A stretch of DNA of 64,000 nt from a bacterium (GCA_965249525.1 OZ252237.1:1156443-1220442), one strand, 5' to 3'; counted from the first letter of the stretch, positions 1 to 11,415 are shown. Numbers and translations: made by a program. Notes: generated by a model not told the origin, from the sequence alone.

Positions 1-1204
1 CCACCACCACCTTCAGCATGCCGTGTTGGATGCCGTCACAAACGGCGCGGTCAATATCTTTAAGCTCAATGGTAAAGGTGCGGTGGGGGATGTTCTCTGC
101 CTTCGCTCGGGTTTCACTAAGACCAGCACTGGCAATTTCAGGCTCTGTGAACACGCACCAAGGAACCGCATGGTATTCCATCCGTGCCTTAAAGGGAAGC
201 AGGGCATTTTGAATCACAATGCGCGCTTGTTGTCCTGCCATGTGGGTAAACAGATAGGGTCCGCAGACATCGCCACAGGCAAAGATATTGCTGATGTTGG
301 TTTGCATGCGGTCGTTGACGCTAATAAAGCCCCTTTGGGTCTCAATGCCCAGTTCTGCTAGTCCTAGGTCTTCGGTATTGGGTTTGCGTCCTACGGCCAG
401 CAGGATTTCATCCACCATCAGCTGGCGGGATTGACCACTGGAGGATTGCAGCTGAACACTTTTTTGCGATGCTTGTTTTGCCACAGCGGTAACCGAATTG
501 TTGGTGTATAGTTGAACACCTTCGTTTTGCAGCACTTGCTGAATGATGGCAGTGATATCTTCATCTTCTGCAGGCAGCAGACGGGGGGCCGCTTCTACCA
601 GATGGACTTCACTGCCCAAACGCCCCAAACTTTGTCCCAGTTCTACGCCGATAGCACCTCCGCCCAGCACCAAGATGGAACGCGGCTGTTGGGGATGAGA
701 AAAAATGGTCTCATTGGTGAGGAAGCCTGCCTCTTTTAAGCCTGGGATGGGTGGTACCGCAGGACGGCCGCCAGTGGAGATTAAAATAGCACGGGCACGC
801 AAAGTGAGCTTGCCATCGTCGCTGGCAACAGTGACCTCAGAACGGGATTTCAGCTTGGCCTTTCCCAGAAAAACATCTACGCCCAGAGAACGGAAGCGCT
901 CCACCGAATCATGCGGGGCGATGGCAGCTATGGAAGCTTGGACATGTGCAATCACATCTTTCCAACTGACCTGGGGCTTAACGGCTGCCACCCCATAGCC
1001 GCCGCTGCGGGCAGCATGGGCTTGCTTGCCGCAGCGAATGAAAGCCTTGGACGGCACGCAGCCATAATTGAGACAGTCGCCTCCCATAGGCCCTGCCTGT
1101 ACCAACGCCACTCTCGCTCCCAAGCCCGCAGCACCTGCAGCTGCCAGCAACCCTCCTGAACCACCACCAATCACGATGAGATTATAAGCCTGTTGATGAT
1201 TCAT
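1..1204 (-). CDS. Class I pyridine nucleotide-disulfide oxidoreductase (dihydrolipoamide dehydrogenase / mercuric reductase-like); 5' end complete, 3' end runs off the window
   Basis: Absent from the ORF track because it is edge-truncated. My reverse-complement translation from ATG 1204..1202 gives MNHQQAYNLIVIGGGSGGLLAAAGAAGLGARVALVQAGPMGGDCLNYGCVPSKAFIRCGKQ... It has a GxGxxG FAD fold, the redox-active disulfide GGDCLNYGCVPSK and a second Rossmann ILVLGGGAIGVELGQ. ATGA overlap with the rsmG stop. Confidence 0.85.
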   Translation of the reverse strand, partial: MNHQQAYNLIVIGGGSGGLLAAAGAAGLGARVALVQAGPMGGDCLNYGCVPSKAFIRCGKQAHAARSGGYGVAAVKPQVSWKDVIAHVQASIAAIAPHDSVERFRSLGVDVFLGKAKLKSRSEVTVASDDGKLTLRARAILISTGGRPAVPPIPGLKEAGFLTNETIFSHPQQPRSILVLGGGAIGVELGQSLGRLGSEVHLVEAAPRLLPAEDEDITAIIQQVLQNEGVQLYTNNSVTAVAKQASQKSVQLQSSSGQSRQLMVDEILLAVGRKPNTEDLGLAELGIETQRGFISVNDRMQTNISNIFACGDVCGPYLFTHMAGQQARIVIQNALLPFKARMEYHAVPWCVFTEPEIASAGLSETRAKAENIPHRTFTIELKDIDRAVCDGIQHGMLKVVV

Positions 1205-1980
1205 GGTGCAGCCTCCTGAGAAGAAAGACGGGTAAAAACCTTGACCACTGCTTGGGGAGAGTTTGCCTGCCCAGGCAGGATGGGGTATGGGTAAGTTGCT
1301 ATCTGTGCCTGAAAGCCGTATTGTGCCAGTTTTTGCTGCATGTTTGCTCCTTGCATATTTTCTCCTTGCATGTTTGCTCCCTGCATGTTTGCTCCTTGCA
1401 TATTTTCTCCTTGCATGTTTGCTCCCTGCATGGAAAACAGACGACCTGCAGGTGCCAAGAAACCCTGTGCCAATCGCAGCTGTACAGACACACTGCCAAA
1501 AGCACGACAGATAAGACCGTCAAAAGCCTGGTGCCAATTGGGCTGACGGGCTAATTGATAAGCATTGTCCACCATAATGCTGACATTGTCCAATGCTAAT
1601 AAGCGGCAAACTTCGGTTTGGAAAGCCGTTTTCTTGGTGGAACTTTCCAGACTGGTGACATGCTGCTGGGGCTGACAAACAGCAATCAGCAGCCCCGGCA
1701 AGCCCGCCCCGCTGCCAAGATCCAGCCAAGCTTTTGTTTGGGCAAAGCCAGGGACGGTTTGCACCACCAGGCAGTCATAGATGTGCCTTTGCCACAGCCG
1801 TTCTAAATGGAGATCTCTTTTAGAGACCAGATTGATACGACTGCCCCAGTGCAGCAGCAAGTGACAATAGCTTTGCAGCTGTTCCAGGGTGTGGGCATCC
1901 AAGCACATCCCCCGTTGTTTCAGGGCAGCACAGACAGCATCCAGACTACCCCTATCCCTGCCCACTGGCTGCTGCATCAT
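1201..1980 (-). CDS. rsmG: 16S rRNA (guanine527-N7)-methyltransferase RsmG/GidB, with an internal repeat insertion
   Basis: 259-aa ORF with a GidB-like N-terminus (LLLHWGSRINLVS) and SAM motif LDLGSGAGLPGLLIAV. Carries an in-frame MQGAN/MQGEN repeat. Confidence 0.9.
   Translation of the reverse strand: MMQQPVGRDRGSLDAVCAALKQRGMCLDAHTLEQLQSYCHLLLHWGSRINLVSKRDLHLERLWQRHIYDCLVVQTVPGFAQTKAWLDLGSGAGLPGLLIAVCQPQQHVTSLESSTKKTAFQTEVCRLLALDNVSIMVDNAYQLARQPNWHQAFDGLICRAFGSVSVQLRLAQGFLAPAGRLFSMQGANMQGENMQGANMQGANMQGENMQGANMQQKLAQYGFQAQIATYPYPILPGQANSPQAVVKVFTRLSSQEAAP
1336..1425. repeat. 15-bp tandem repeat x6 inside rsmG (YTGCATRTTTKCTCC)
   Basis: Direct reading of 1336-1425. In frame, encoding (MQGAN/MQGEN)x6. 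Confidence 0.9.
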
Positions 1981-2026
1981 AGCAGGTATATCGTCAAAAG
2001 TGATGATTGGAGTTCAGCAAGCCCAA

Positions 2027-3406
2027 TTAAAAGCCCCCTTGCAGCCCCACAGAATTGATGTTTCGTTCATAAGGTCTTGAGTTGGAGTCGTTATTGCTGG
2101 CAGTACTTTCCAGCAGGATATTCAAGCCACTGATCAAGCCCAGCAGCAGTCTGCCCTTGATGTGGGTGAGGGTGTCTTCACGCACTTCTAAGTCGCCGTC
2201 AGCTTTTTGGTAGCTGCGTTTTTGCTGCTGGTAGCTAAAGCTAAGGATGTAACGTGACCCAGAGATACGGGAATCAACAGCGATACCGTTATATTCATAT
2301 TCGCTGGCAACGCTGCCTTCAGAAGAATTTCCCAACAATATGTTGGTGCGCAACGATACTGCCTGCGATTGATCCCCCCAGCGAAAAGCCAATTTGCTGT
2401 CGTAATTGGTAACCCCATCTAGATCTTCATCAGCGAATTCTTTTAGCGTTAGCTTTAACTCAAGACCCAGACCACTAGCCCCCAGCAGATATTGACCAGA
2501 ACCGCCAGAAAAGCTAACAGATTGATAAAGCGCATAGTCATCCGTACCGCTTGTTTGGTTACCGGTATTGAGATGATTAAAGCTGTAATTCACTCGCAGC
2601 TGTTTGTCGTTATTGAAGCTCCATAAACGATTGAAGCCGAACACACCCGCACCTGTGTTGTATATATTCAAGTCTTCATCGTCATATTCAATTTGCTGCA
2701 CAGCCAGGTAGAGCTGGGTGCTGGCCTGGTTTAAGCCGACGATCAGGCTGGTAGCGGTACGATCTGCCTCTTGAATATTATCAGAGGAGATGGTGACGTT
2801 GTTATTGAAGGTTACTGTTTCGCTCAGGTCATTCCTGGGGTTGGAGTCTGAATCTGAGCGGTAGGCGTAAGAAACAAACCATTCTAGGGGAGGGCGCACC
2901 TTTTTTTCAGCTGATGATAAAGCTGCTTTTCGCTTTGTTGATGTGGTAGTGGATGTTGTCGGTTGCTTGGCAGCTTGGGCAAACGAGCCCCTCAGCGGTG
3001 AAACCGGCTTAACCACCCGCACTATAAAGATTCTCCTGCTGACATTACCATTTTCATCGGTGGCTTTTACACGAATTCTGTGTTGACGTCTTTGAAAGTG
3101 GTAGAGCTTGTTGATAGTAATAATGCGCCCGGGATTAATTTGCTGGTCTTTGCCATCAATTTGCACACGCACCACCCTATCGGTGTCCGTCACCACAAAG
3201 TCCACCAGTCTTTCACCACTGAGTACTTCTGTGGTCTGTGCCAATTCGGATGAGAGTACCCGAGGAGGCTGCTCTTCAAAGGGCAGCTGTGTCTGCTGTG
3301 CCCAGATCTGTGGCGTAAGCGCGAAAACATACACCAGCAATGCCCATACTGGCATCCCCGCTACAACTCTTTTGCTACAGCATATTGGCTGCCGCCTGGC
3401 TTTCAT
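2027..3406 (-). CDS. Secreted protein with a C-terminal outer-membrane beta-barrel-like domain
   Basis: 459-aa ORF with signal peptide (...FALTPQIWAQQ) and a T/S-rich linker (TTSTTTSTKRK). The C-terminal ~280 aa have alternating-hydrophobic strands and end ...GLQGGF, the aromatic C-terminus typical of OMPs. Directly downstream of the FecR-domain gene. Confidence 0.55.
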   Translation of the reverse strand: MKARRQPICCSKRVVAGMPVWALLVYVFALTPQIWAQQTQLPFEEQPPRVLSSELAQTTEVLSGERLVDFVVTDTDRVVRVQIDGKDQQINPGRIITINKLYHFQRRQHRIRVKATDENGNVSRRIFIVRVVKPVSPLRGSFAQAAKQPTTSTTTSTKRKAALSSAEKKVRPPLEWFVSYAYRSDSDSNPRNDLSETVTFNNNVTISSDNIQEADRTATSLIVGLNQASTQLYLAVQQIEYDDEDLNIYNTGAGVFGFNRLWSFNNDKQLRVNYSFNHLNTGNQTSGTDDYALYQSVSFSGGSGQYLLGASGLGLELKLTLKEFADEDLDGVTNYDSKLAFRWGDQSQAVSLRTNILLGNSSEGSVASEYEYNGIAVDSRISGSRYILSFSYQQQKRSYQKADGDLEVREDTLTHIKGRLLLGLISGLNILLESTASNNDSNSRPYERNINSVGLQGGF

Positions 3407-3564
3407 GGAATTTACTTATTAGAAGCGAAAAAGAACGGGGTGAGGTGCGGTTACTACCCACACATAAATAACAAAACACACCCTGATAATTACTCTTCCT
3501 TTTTAATACAGATGGTTATGCCTCCTTTTTAATACATCCGTCTTAACTCCCAAGTTCCGATGTA

Positions 3565-4587
3565 TTATCTCCCAAAAAATCCCGTTGCTAACTCCCCTCC
3601 TGGTGGCAGCGGCGACCGCAGCGACGGCGGCATGACCGTATCCAAATCAATCAAATCTGATGAAAAGCTTTCCAAAGGATTTTCTACACCACCCAGTTCT
3701 GCATTTACTTCAATACCAGCAAGATTTGCCCCTGAGTCGGATGGAGGCGCTGCAAGTCTCTCGTTGCTTCCTGTCCCTCCTGCAACTCCGGCAACTCCCG
3801 CCGCCGTAGCTTGCGCCAGACTCAGACCATCCCCTCCCTCGTTGGCAGCAGCATAGAAATTTTCGGGGTCTTCAAAATCTGAAGCATCCGCATTTTCAAA
3901 ATTCACTATATCTAATAAAGATTTCCCCCCAGCCTCTCCCTGCCTTGCTACCAGTGCTTGTTCGCCTGAAAGCTGTTGTACTAAATATTGCGGGGCATCC
4001 AAGGGACGCGCCAGATGCCCTTCAATTGTCCCACCAATTTTACCAGCATCTACTATCACTGATTGATTCAAGGGATTCTGCAACTGCACCTGGCTTTCTG
4101 TTACCAATAGCAGTGAGTCGCCTGTCTCATTCACATCCACCGTGTATTCCGTCCCCTTCACCCCCACGATAACACTAGGAATTTTGACCGCAAACCGCTT
4201 GGCCTCCTGGCTATCAGCAATACTCCTTAAACGAAAACGACCAAACAACATCCGCAATTTCCCCTCTAAATTGTTCTGGGAAAAATCCCGCACCATAAAT
4301 ACCGAATTGGCACTCAGTAAAATCTCTACCTCCCGTTCAGGAAGCGTTTGCATCCTGACCATACCTTGCCTTCCAACTTGCAGTATATCCCTGTCCCGTA
4401 TAAAAACTTCTCTGGGCGCCTCCAACAACAATTCTCTGCCACCACGTTTGATAAGTGCCGTCCCTTTTTCCACCTTCAAAACGGCATACTGCGCATGCAC
4501 TGTGCCTGACCACAACATAACCACCACAGCCCCCAACAACAAACCCTGTAATATAGGGAAAAAACTTTTCTGGATATGGTATTGCAT
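3565..4587 (-). CDS. FecR-domain secreted protein
   Basis: The track ORF extends to 4620. ATG at 4587 is preferred because GGTGGGG lies 8 nt upstream and it gives a signal peptide MQYHIQKSFFPILQGLLLGAVVVMLWSGTVHAQ. FecR-like core ...ILLSANSVFMV...FAVKIPSVIVGVKGTEYTV. Confidence 0.55.
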   Translation of the reverse strand: MQYHIQKSFFPILQGLLLGAVVVMLWSGTVHAQYAVLKVEKGTALIKRGGRELLLEAPREVFIRDRDILQVGRQGMVRMQTLPEREVEILLSANSVFMVRDFSQNNLEGKLRMLFGRFRLRSIADSQEAKRFAVKIPSVIVGVKGTEYTVDVNETGDSLLLVTESQVQLQNPLNQSVIVDAGKIGGTIEGHLARPLDAPQYLVQQLSGEQALVARQGEAGGKSLLDIVNFENADASDFEDPENFYAAANEGGDGLSLAQATAAGVAGVAGGTGSNERLAAPPSDSGANLAGIEVNAELGGVENPLESFSSDLIDLDTVMPPSLRSPLPPGGELATGFFGR

Positions 4588-4875
4588 GTATAATCCCCAC
4601 CTTTCTTGAATAATCTTCATAATTGAACTGCTGTGGTGATTTTCATCACAAAAATTTCACTAAAAAAGTATCACACCACAGATTTCATCTAATTTATCGC
4701 ATGAATTATCGCATGAATTGTCTTATCAATTATTGCCTGAAATATCGTATATATTATCGCATCAAGCCCCCCAACCTGCTTGCCAGACAACCCATCTGAA
4801 CATAGCCTGTTATTCATTATCTAATGAAATCACAATTTTTTCAAAGTTTTTCTGAAAACAAGGTAAAAACAATGT

Positions 4876-4947
4876 GAGAACACATTGAGAACACATTGAG
4901 AACACATTGAGAACAACTTGAAAAAAACTTGAAAAAAACTTGAAAAA
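4876..4947. repeat. Two adjacent 11-bp tandem repeats (GAGAACACATT x3.7, CTTGAAAAAAA x3) upstream of atpC
   Basis: Direct reading. Ends 73 bp before the atpC ATG. Confidence 0.9.
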
Positions 4948-5020
4948 TTCCTGCTTGCCTTCCTGCCCCCATAAGGGCATCTATAAGGCCTGTTGTGATA
5001 TTTTGATTGATGTGTTTGTC

Positions 5021-5443
5021 ATGCCTGCTGAAACCCTGCAATTGGAAGTGCTTACCCGCGAGAAAGTCCTCTTGCGCACCCACACCGCTTGGGTCACCCT
5101 GCCCGCTGAGGCCGGCGAAATGGGAATCTTGCCCCAGCACGCCCCCTTGGTCTCCACCCTGGACTCCGGTGTGCTGCGTTGTGAACAGCAGGGCAAAACC
5201 CTCTCTGTTGCCATTCACTACGGCTATGCCCGTGTGGATGGAGAAAAAGTGGTTGTCATGTGCAAACTGGGAGAATTGGCTTCAGAAATAGATCTGCAGC
5301 GCGCACAAACTGCTGAAAAGAAAGCCCAACAAGCCCTGCAGCAAATCAGCAGCCCCGCCGATACTCCCCAGGCTGCCCTTCAACAGCAGCAGCTGTACAC
5401 CTCCAAACTCAAACGCGCAGCCACTAGACAACAAGCCTTTTGA
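5021..5443 (+). CDS. atpC: F1 ATP synthase epsilon subunit
   Basis: From the internal ATG of track ORF 4940..5443: MPAETLQLEVLTREKVLLRTHTAWVTLPAEAGEMGILPQHAPLVSTLDSGVLR..., the typical epsilon beta-sandwich followed by a helical tail. Confidence 0.85.
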   Translation: MPAETLQLEVLTREKVLLRTHTAWVTLPAEAGEMGILPQHAPLVSTLDSGVLRCEQQGKTLSVAIHYGYARVDGEKVVVMCKLGELASEIDLQRAQTAEKKAQQALQQISSPADTPQAALQQQQLYTSKLKRAATRQQAF

Positions 5444-5661
5444 ATAAACTCCGCCTGCCCAGCCAGGCTTGCAAAACCTGCTATACCTTTATTTTAGTAA
5501 GCAAAAAGCATCTCTCAGCCACTCATGGACTAGAAAAAAGGATTGCATTCCCTGCTAGGAATACTCCACACTCAAAGTGTGTTAGTAAAATGGATGTGGC
5601 AGCCAATATTTGCAGCAGATTAGATATGCTGGCAAATTTGCACGCCATAGAGCATCGCCCA

Positions 5662-5706
5662 GGTGAGTGATAAAATGGTGAGCGATAAAATGGTGAGCGA
5701 TAAAAT
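5662..5706. repeat. 15-bp tandem repeat x3 (GGTGAGYGATAAAAT) upstream of the PBP gene
   Basis: Direct reading. Ends 26 bp before ATG 5732. Confidence 0.9.
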
Positions 5707-5731
5707 TTTGTAGCTATCCAAGGGAGGCGTT

Positions 5732-8365
5732 ATGAGAACCAAAGGAACCAAGCTGTTGAAGCTGTTGAAATCGCGGTTATTGGTGCAAGTTGTCCTAGGA
5801 TTGGGCGGCTTGGCATTGCTGTCTTTGCTGTGGTTAAACATCTCTTTGCCCTCCATCAGCACTTTGGAGGACCCCGAATTCAGTCTGCCCACCATCATCT
5901 ATGACCGCCACGGCAATCGTGTGGACGAGTTGTACATCAAAAGGCGTAAATTGGTGCAGTATCAAGAGCTGCCCAGCCACCTGATCAATGCCTTGCTAGC
6001 CAAAGAAGATGCCCGCTTTACCGAACACCACGGTATTGATCCTATCCGCATCATGAAGGCCGCTTGGATTAACCTGCTGGCACTAGATACCTTGCAGGGT
6101 GCCAGTACCTTAACCCAGCAGACGGCGCGTCAGTTCTTTTTGACTCTGGAGAAAACCTGGCTGCGAAAAGTACGCGAGATACTGCTGGCACTAAAGATAG
6201 AGCGTCAGTTTAGCAAGTCGCAGATTATTACCCTTTATCTCAACAAGGTCAATTTTGGGGATGCCTGGGGGGTGTCTGCAGCAGCGGAGCATTATTTTGA
6301 CAAAGAGGTGCAGGATCTTTCCTTAGAGGAAGCAGCCACCTTGGTGGGACTGCTTCCTGCGCCTAATCGTTACAAGCCCACACGCAATCCGCATTTGGCT
6401 TTGCAGCAGCGGAATATTGTGCTCAAACGCATGGAGGAAGAGAAAGCCATCAGCCAGTTGGAGTATTTGTCTGCTGTGGGGCGTCCCTTGACGCTTTCAC
6501 TGCAGGGGAGGCCAGATTCAAGGGCTGCGGCATACTATGTGGAACTGGTAAGGCGACAGCTGCAAGAAAAATTTGGCTCCAAGAAACTGTACGAGGGAGG
6601 GCTGCATATATACACCGCTATGTCCTTAAACTTTCAGCAGGCAGCGCATGCGGCCTTGCTAAAAGGAATAACAAGTCTAACGCTGCGACAAGGATACCGC
6701 CCCCCAGAAGCATTGGCACCATTGAACGCTGAGGGCAAACCCCGCAAAGAGCTGCTAGCGAGTTTGAATCCCCTGCTGTCTTCTCCCAATCCCCAACAAC
6801 GGCTGGGGAATTTGAAAGCCAATGATATCCTGCACGCAGTGGTGGTAAAGGTAAACAGCCGTCAAGCCACCTTGCAGCTGTCACCCCGTCAACAAGGTCT
6901 GCTGTTACTCAGCGACGCTCGGCAGCTTTGGAAGGCTGTGCTGCGCTACCCTAAACCCAAATATAAGATGCAGCAAAGGGCATTTTTCAATCTCACCCAA
7001 GCTCTCCAGCCAGGCAGCATCATTCAGGTAACCCCCTTGAATGCCAGGCAAGGCGAACTGCAGCGCTTTCAACTGCACCAAGAACCCTTGAGCAATGGAG
7101 GCCTGTACGCAGCCAATCCACACACTGGAGAAGTATTGGCTATGGTAGGGGGCATTCGCTTTGGCCGCTCCCAGGGAGAAAGCGAATTCATTCGCGCCAC
7201 CCAAGCAGAAAGACAACCAGGTTCCGCCTTTAAACCCATCATCTACGCAGCTGCCCTAGATGAAGGCTTCAACCCTGCTACCATCCTGGATGACAGCCCC
7301 CGCACCTTCGTACTCCAAACTGGAAAAAAACACACCCCCAACAACTATGACCAACGCTTCTTAGGAAATATCAGCTTCCGCAACTCCCTGGTACGCAGCC
7401 GCAATGTACCCACCGTCCAGCTGGTACATTCTCTGGGGGCTACACGCATCATTGAATACGCCAAGAATTTAGGCATCTCTACCTACATCCCCAATGAAGG
7501 ACTCATCGCACTGGGAACACACTCGGTCAAATTATCCGAACTCACCCGCGCCTACGGAGTCTTTGCTACGGGAGGACAACTCGCCCAACCCATCTACATC
7601 CTGCGGGTAGAAGACAGCAACGGCAATATCCTGCTGGAAAACACCCCCCAAAAACAAGAAGTCATGTCACCTGACACCGCCTACCTCATCACCGATATCC
7701 TGCGCGATGTCGTCCGCAGACCCGGGGGTACCGCTTATGGAGTCATGCATTCCATTAAGCATCCCGCAGCAGGCAAAACCGGCACCACCCAAGATTATAC
7801 CGATGCCTGGTACATAGGCTTCCTTCCCCAACTCACCGCAGGCATCTATGTGGGAATTGATGATCAACGCAAATCCCTTGGACCCTATGAAACAGGCTCG
7901 CGCACAGCCGCCCCCATCTGGAGAGACTTCGTCAACACCATCTCTCCCCGACTAACCCTCCAATCCTTCCACCAACCCAACTCCGTAGTGGCACACCGCG
8001 TAGGAAAAGACGGACAAATACTTTCAAGCTGCCAAACACAAGAAGGCGGACGCTACGAACTATTTAAGCGAGACTCCGTCCCCCACGGAATCAGAGACAG
8101 CAATTGCGGCAATGTCTTCACCCAAAACATCGCAGCCCCCCTCAACGACTTCAACCAACAAGACCCAGAAACCTCCGCAAGCCTAGACCCCGCCCCCCTG
8201 GAAGACTTTGACATCCCTGCGGATGAAATCACCAGCACCGAGATCGAGCTAGAAGACCTGCCAGAAGACCTGCCCGCAGACCTGCCCGCAGACCTGCCCG
8301 CAGACCTGCCCGCAGACCTGCCGCAAGAAAAAGTATTTAGTACAGAAGAAGATTTTGAACTCTAG
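5732..8365 (+). CDS. mrcA: Class A penicillin-binding protein (PBP1A: glycosyltransferase + transpeptidase)
   Basis: 877 aa, GGGAGG SD. GT51 motifs EDARFTEHHGID and GASTLTQQ. Transpeptidase motifs SAFKP, SRN and KTGT. Acidic C-terminal tail with (DLPA) repeats. Confidence 0.9.
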   Translation: MRTKGTKLLKLLKSRLLVQVVLGLGGLALLSLLWLNISLPSISTLEDPEFSLPTIIYDRHGNRVDELYIKRRKLVQYQELPSHLINALLAKEDARFTEHHGIDPIRIMKAAWINLLALDTLQGASTLTQQTARQFFLTLEKTWLRKVREILLALKIERQFSKSQIITLYLNKVNFGDAWGVSAAAEHYFDKEVQDLSLEEAATLVGLLPAPNRYKPTRNPHLALQQRNIVLKRMEEEKAISQLEYLSAVGRPLTLSLQGRPDSRAAAYYVELVRRQLQEKFGSKKLYEGGLHIYTAMSLNFQQAAHAALLKGITSLTLRQGYRPPEALAPLNAEGKPRKELLASLNPLLSSPNPQQRLGNLKANDILHAVVVKVNSRQATLQLSPRQQGLLLLSDARQLWKAVLRYPKPKYKMQQRAFFNLTQALQPGSIIQVTPLNARQGELQRFQLHQEPLSNGGLYAANPHTGEVLAMVGGIRFGRSQGESEFIRATQAERQPGSAFKPIIYAAALDEGFNPATILDDSPRTFVLQTGKKHTPNNYDQRFLGNISFRNSLVRSRNVPTVQLVHSLGATRIIEYAKNLGISTYIPNEGLIALGTHSVKLSELTRAYGVFATGGQLAQPIYILRVEDSNGNILLENTPQKQEVMSPDTAYLITDILRDVVRRPGGTAYGVMHSIKHPAAGKTGTTQDYTDAWYIGFLPQLTAGIYVGIDDQRKSLGPYETGSRTAAPIWRDFVNTISPRLTLQSFHQPNSVVAHRVGKDGQILSSCQTQEGGRYELFKRDSVPHGIRDSNCGNVFTQNIAAPLNDFNQQDPETSASLDPAPLEDFDIPADEITSTEIELEDLPEDLPADLPADLPADLPADLPQEKVFSTEEDFEL
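8255..8326. repeat. 12-bp tandem repeat x6 (GACCTGCCCGCA) in the PBP C-terminal tail
   Basis: Direct reading. In frame, encoding (DLPA)n. Confidence 0.9.
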
Positions 8366-8448
8366 CAGGCCCGCCAATTAGGAAACATCGCCTCGGCGCA
8401 GCTGCTGGGGGGGCTTTATTTAGGCGCGGCGTGGCGAGCCTCCAGGCA

Positions 8449-9093
8449 CTAACAGCTGATGCATAAAAGAGAATGCATCCCGTTACAAGAAGATGCTGAG
8501 CCGCCACCTATTCTATTGACATCGTCACTTCCACTCAGACCAGCAGCTCCAATGCTAGCTGTGGTGGACCAATTAGTGCAGGTAAAGCTAACAGCCTCTC
8601 TTGTAAGACCTGTCCAGTAAGACTGAGAGGAGGCACTATCTGTAACCGCATGCATTACTGTGGGGTTTTCATTAACCTCATAGAATTGCTGATAGCTGTC
8701 GGCAATTATGGTGGTGTCATCAGGGCGGTAGACCTTGCGGGTATCATCATCTTTTATAATCATATCGGGAGTAAATGCATCGTCTGCTATCACTGCCTGG
8801 TGGGTATAGCCCACGCTGTCGGCATGGGGCAGCACACTAGAATCGCTGTCCCCTTCCCTCTGGCATACGGCATCAGCAGCAGCTACTCCACTCAAGTCTC
8901 CCACACTGAAATCTCCGTCAGAGGTCGCAACGCTAACCCATAGATAAATCCTTTGGGGTGCAGGCAGGGTGGGCGTACCACCACCGCCTCCGCCGCCTCC
9001 GCAGGAGGCAAGCAGGCTGCCCAGCAGCATCACTGCCAGTCCGCTTGTCGGCAGCAGCTTCCAAGCTGTTTTGGTTGAAAGTTGAGAAAACAT
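8449..9093 (-). CDS. Secreted lipoprotein of the YLWVS...YRPDD...YWTG...LLC(V/I)S family (DUF1554-like); paralogue of the 32.2-35.0 kb genes
   Basis: ATG at 9093 with AAGGAG 7 nt upstream (the track ORF runs to 9195). Lipobox LLASC followed by a Gly run. Shared motifs IYLWVSVATS, AADAVCQREG, GYTHQAVI, VYRPDDTT, YWTGL, CTNWS, LLCISC. The family name is from memory of Pfam DUF1554 and was not searched. Confidence 0.7.
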   Translation of the reverse strand: MFSQLSTKTAWKLLPTSGLAVMLLGSLLASCGGGGGGGGTPTLPAPQRIYLWVSVATSDGDFSVGDLSGVAAADAVCQREGDSDSSVLPHADSVGYTHQAVIADDAFTPDMIIKDDDTRKVYRPDDTTIIADSYQQFYEVNENPTVMHAVTDSASSQSYWTGLTREAVSFTCTNWSTTASIGAAGLSGSDDVNRIGGGSASSCNGMHSLLCISC

Positions 9094-9139
9094 GATAATA
9101 CTCCTTAAAAAATTCCAAAAAAGCCGTGCTAAAAAATAT

Positions 9140-9230
9140 GCATGGTTCTTGTGCATGGTTCTTGCACATGGTTCTTGTGCATGGTTCTTGCACATGGTTC
9201 TTGTGCATGGTTCTTGTGCATGGTTTTTGC
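9140..9230. repeat. 13-bp tandem repeat x7 (RCATGGTTCTTGY) between divergent lipoprotein and rlpA genes
   Basis: Direct reading. Starts 47 bp upstream of the lipoprotein ATG (9093) and ends 68 bp before rlpA ATG 9298. Confidence 0.9.
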
Positions 9231-9297
9231 ACCCGCATAGATTTGATGCGTGTGTGGAAGGGAATTTGAGCAGTTTTTATTAAGAGGCTTTGCGTGC

Positions 9298-9954
9298 ATG
9301 CGGTTTGTGTGGTTGTTGATTTTATGTGTATGGGGCAGTGGGGAATTGGCTGCGGAGACCGCTTGCAGGGGGGTGAAGGGGGAGGATGGGTTATCGCCGT
9401 GGTTGAGGGGGATAGCTTCTTGGTATGGGCCTGGATTTCACGGCAAGCGCACCGCCAACGGTGAGATTTATGATCAGCATGCCTTAACCGCAGCGCATCC
9501 CAATTTGCCGATGGGAACGCGCATTGAGGTTAAGAATCTGCACAATGGTCACAAGATTAAGCTGCGGGTTAATGATCGTGGGCCTTATTCCCGTGGGCGT
9601 GTTTTGGATGTATCGCGCACGGCTGCCATTCAGCTGCAAATGCTGCGAGTCGGGGTTGCTACGGTGCAGATTCAGGTCTTGTGCTGGCCAACAGATATAG
9701 ATCAGCACTTGGGGCTGATTGCCTATAGACAGTATGTGGTGCAGGTGGGGGTGTTTGACACCCAACTCGAGGCACAGGCAGCCTTGAATCAGCTGGAGAC
9801 GCAGGTGCAGATGCCCCTGCTTTTGGATCTGCGCCCCCATAAGGCTTACGCCCTGGTGGCGGGACCTTATTACTCAATCAGAAAAGCCCGACAGACAGCC
9901 ACCCTGCTGCAAAAAAAGGGTTGGAGTACCTTCATCCGACAGCGGCGAAAATAA
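9298..9954 (+). CDS. rlpA: Septal ring lytic transglycosylase RlpA-like protein (DPBB domain + C-terminal SPOR domain)
   Basis: GIASWYGPGFHGKRTANGEIYDQHALTAAHPNLPMGTRIEVKNL...KIKLRVNDRGPY. The C-terminal YVVQVGVFDTQLEAQAAL...ALVAGPY is SPOR-like. Start taken at the internal ATG that gives signal peptide MRFVWLLILCVWG. Confidence 0.85.
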   Translation: MRFVWLLILCVWGSGELAAETACRGVKGEDGLSPWLRGIASWYGPGFHGKRTANGEIYDQHALTAAHPNLPMGTRIEVKNLHNGHKIKLRVNDRGPYSRGRVLDVSRTAAIQLQMLRVGVATVQIQVLCWPTDIDQHLGLIAYRQYVVQVGVFDTQLEAQAALNQLETQVQMPLLLDLRPHKAYALVAGPYYSIRKARQTATLLQKKGWSTFIRQRRK

Positions 9955-9974
9955 GCCAAATGCCACTCTCCTGC

Positions 9975-11415
<1,441 letters not shown>

